This document shows positions 46,823 to 47,413 of a DNA stretch of 47,413 nt, one piece after another. The notes beneath the pieces were generated by a model. That model was given only the letters and a program-made list of their open reading frames with translations, was not told the DNA's origin and did not search any database. The stretch is taken from contig CAZJKO010000005.1 in assembly GCA_964546995.1 (NCBI GenBank), forward strand, positions 1 to 47,413. Direction: 5' to 3'. The first letter of the stretch is position 1, and every line of letters starts with the position of its first letter. The translations under genes were made by a program, and so were the position numbers. The stretch comes from an uncultured Muribaculaceae bacterium. GTDB lineage: Bacteria > Bacillota_I > Bacilli_A > RF39 > UBA660.

Positions 46823-47377
46823 TTACGGTGCTGTACAATCGTACGTTATGCGGTAGGTCTTGCCATCGTTCGTCGTCAACATTTGATTTTTCCCTGTTGT
46901 ATAAGAAAGATTATCTTTCACTTCTTTGATACTTTGCGATGTATTTAAAAAATCTCTATCTAATAATGGCAAACCGCGATTCCCCCCTTTTTCGAGGGCT
47001 TCTTGTAAGGTAACATAGTAATAGTATGTCCCACCGTTATTTCCAATAACGACGAAGGAATTTTGAATATGGTAATCTCCTCCGTTCGGTCCTTTGGTGA
47101 TTTCTGCATCATCGAGACACGCTAGTCGTAAGACAATCGCTTCCCCGTTGTTTATTTTTACAGGAATGCCATCCTTTCCAGAACGAAATTTGTACTCTGC
47201 TAGCGTCAATAATTGTTTGGCATCCGACACATAAGTATCCTTTTTATTTTTATCGATGATTCCCATTACGTTAGGAACGGCTATTACCATGATGACACCT
47301 AGAATTGCAATGACTGCTAAAAGTTCTACTAATGTAAACCCTTTTTTATTTTTAAGCATAATACCCTCCTCGATCAT
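46823..47377 (-). CDS. Type IV pilin-like protein
   Basis: Class III signal KKG|FTLVELLAVIAILGVI..IAVP; true start probably MLKNKKG behind GGAGG. Confidence 0.92.
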   Translation of the reverse strand: MIEEGIMLKNKKGFTLVELLAVIAILGVIMVIAVPNVMGIIDKNKKDTYVSDAKQLLTLAEYKFRSGKDGIPVKINNGEAIVLRLACLDDAEITKGPNGGDYHIQNSFVVIGNNGGTYYYYVTLQEALEKGGNRGLPLLDRDFLNTSQSIKEVKDNLSYTTGKNQMLTTNDGKTYRITYDCTAP

Positions 47378-47413
47378 TTCGTTATCTTACTAGAATCATT
47401 ATATCGCATTTTC

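Overview
AT-rich chromosomal segment of a Bacillota (class Bacilli) bacterium. An uncultured RF39-like gut lineage is my inference from gene content; the genetic code is standard, with TGA used as stop. Most genes lie on the minus strand. Housekeeping blocks: ppdK, tdk, pheST with a T-box, frr/tsf/rpsB, rplT/rpmI/infC, glyQS, recO/era/cdd/dgkA/ybeY, rpsU, efp, rpmG, a class B PBP, nfo and three tRNAs. A reduced sporulation set is present (yqfCD, gerM, gerE, a lone spoIIIAH, a YqfT-like gene). Accessory parts: (i) XRE genes and an ABC-F ATPase with a uORF attenuator-like leader downstream of tRNA-Leu; (ii) an integrase-less island of about 3.9 kb, apparently inserted in the 3' end of ppdK, carrying XRE, a frameshifted ParB, a membrane protein + TIR operon and an Abi_2/AbiF HEPN gene flanked on both sides by a 38-nt covarying RNA-hairpin repeat; (iii) a C39-peptidase ABC exporter locus with two double-glycine peptides; (iv) pilin-like and surface proteins. 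Other oddities are an ultra-short glyQS T-box and Rho_N-like tails on both bL20 and uS2. No CRISPR array, rRNA or intact transposase/integrase was seen. All family calls come from motif recognition, not database searches.
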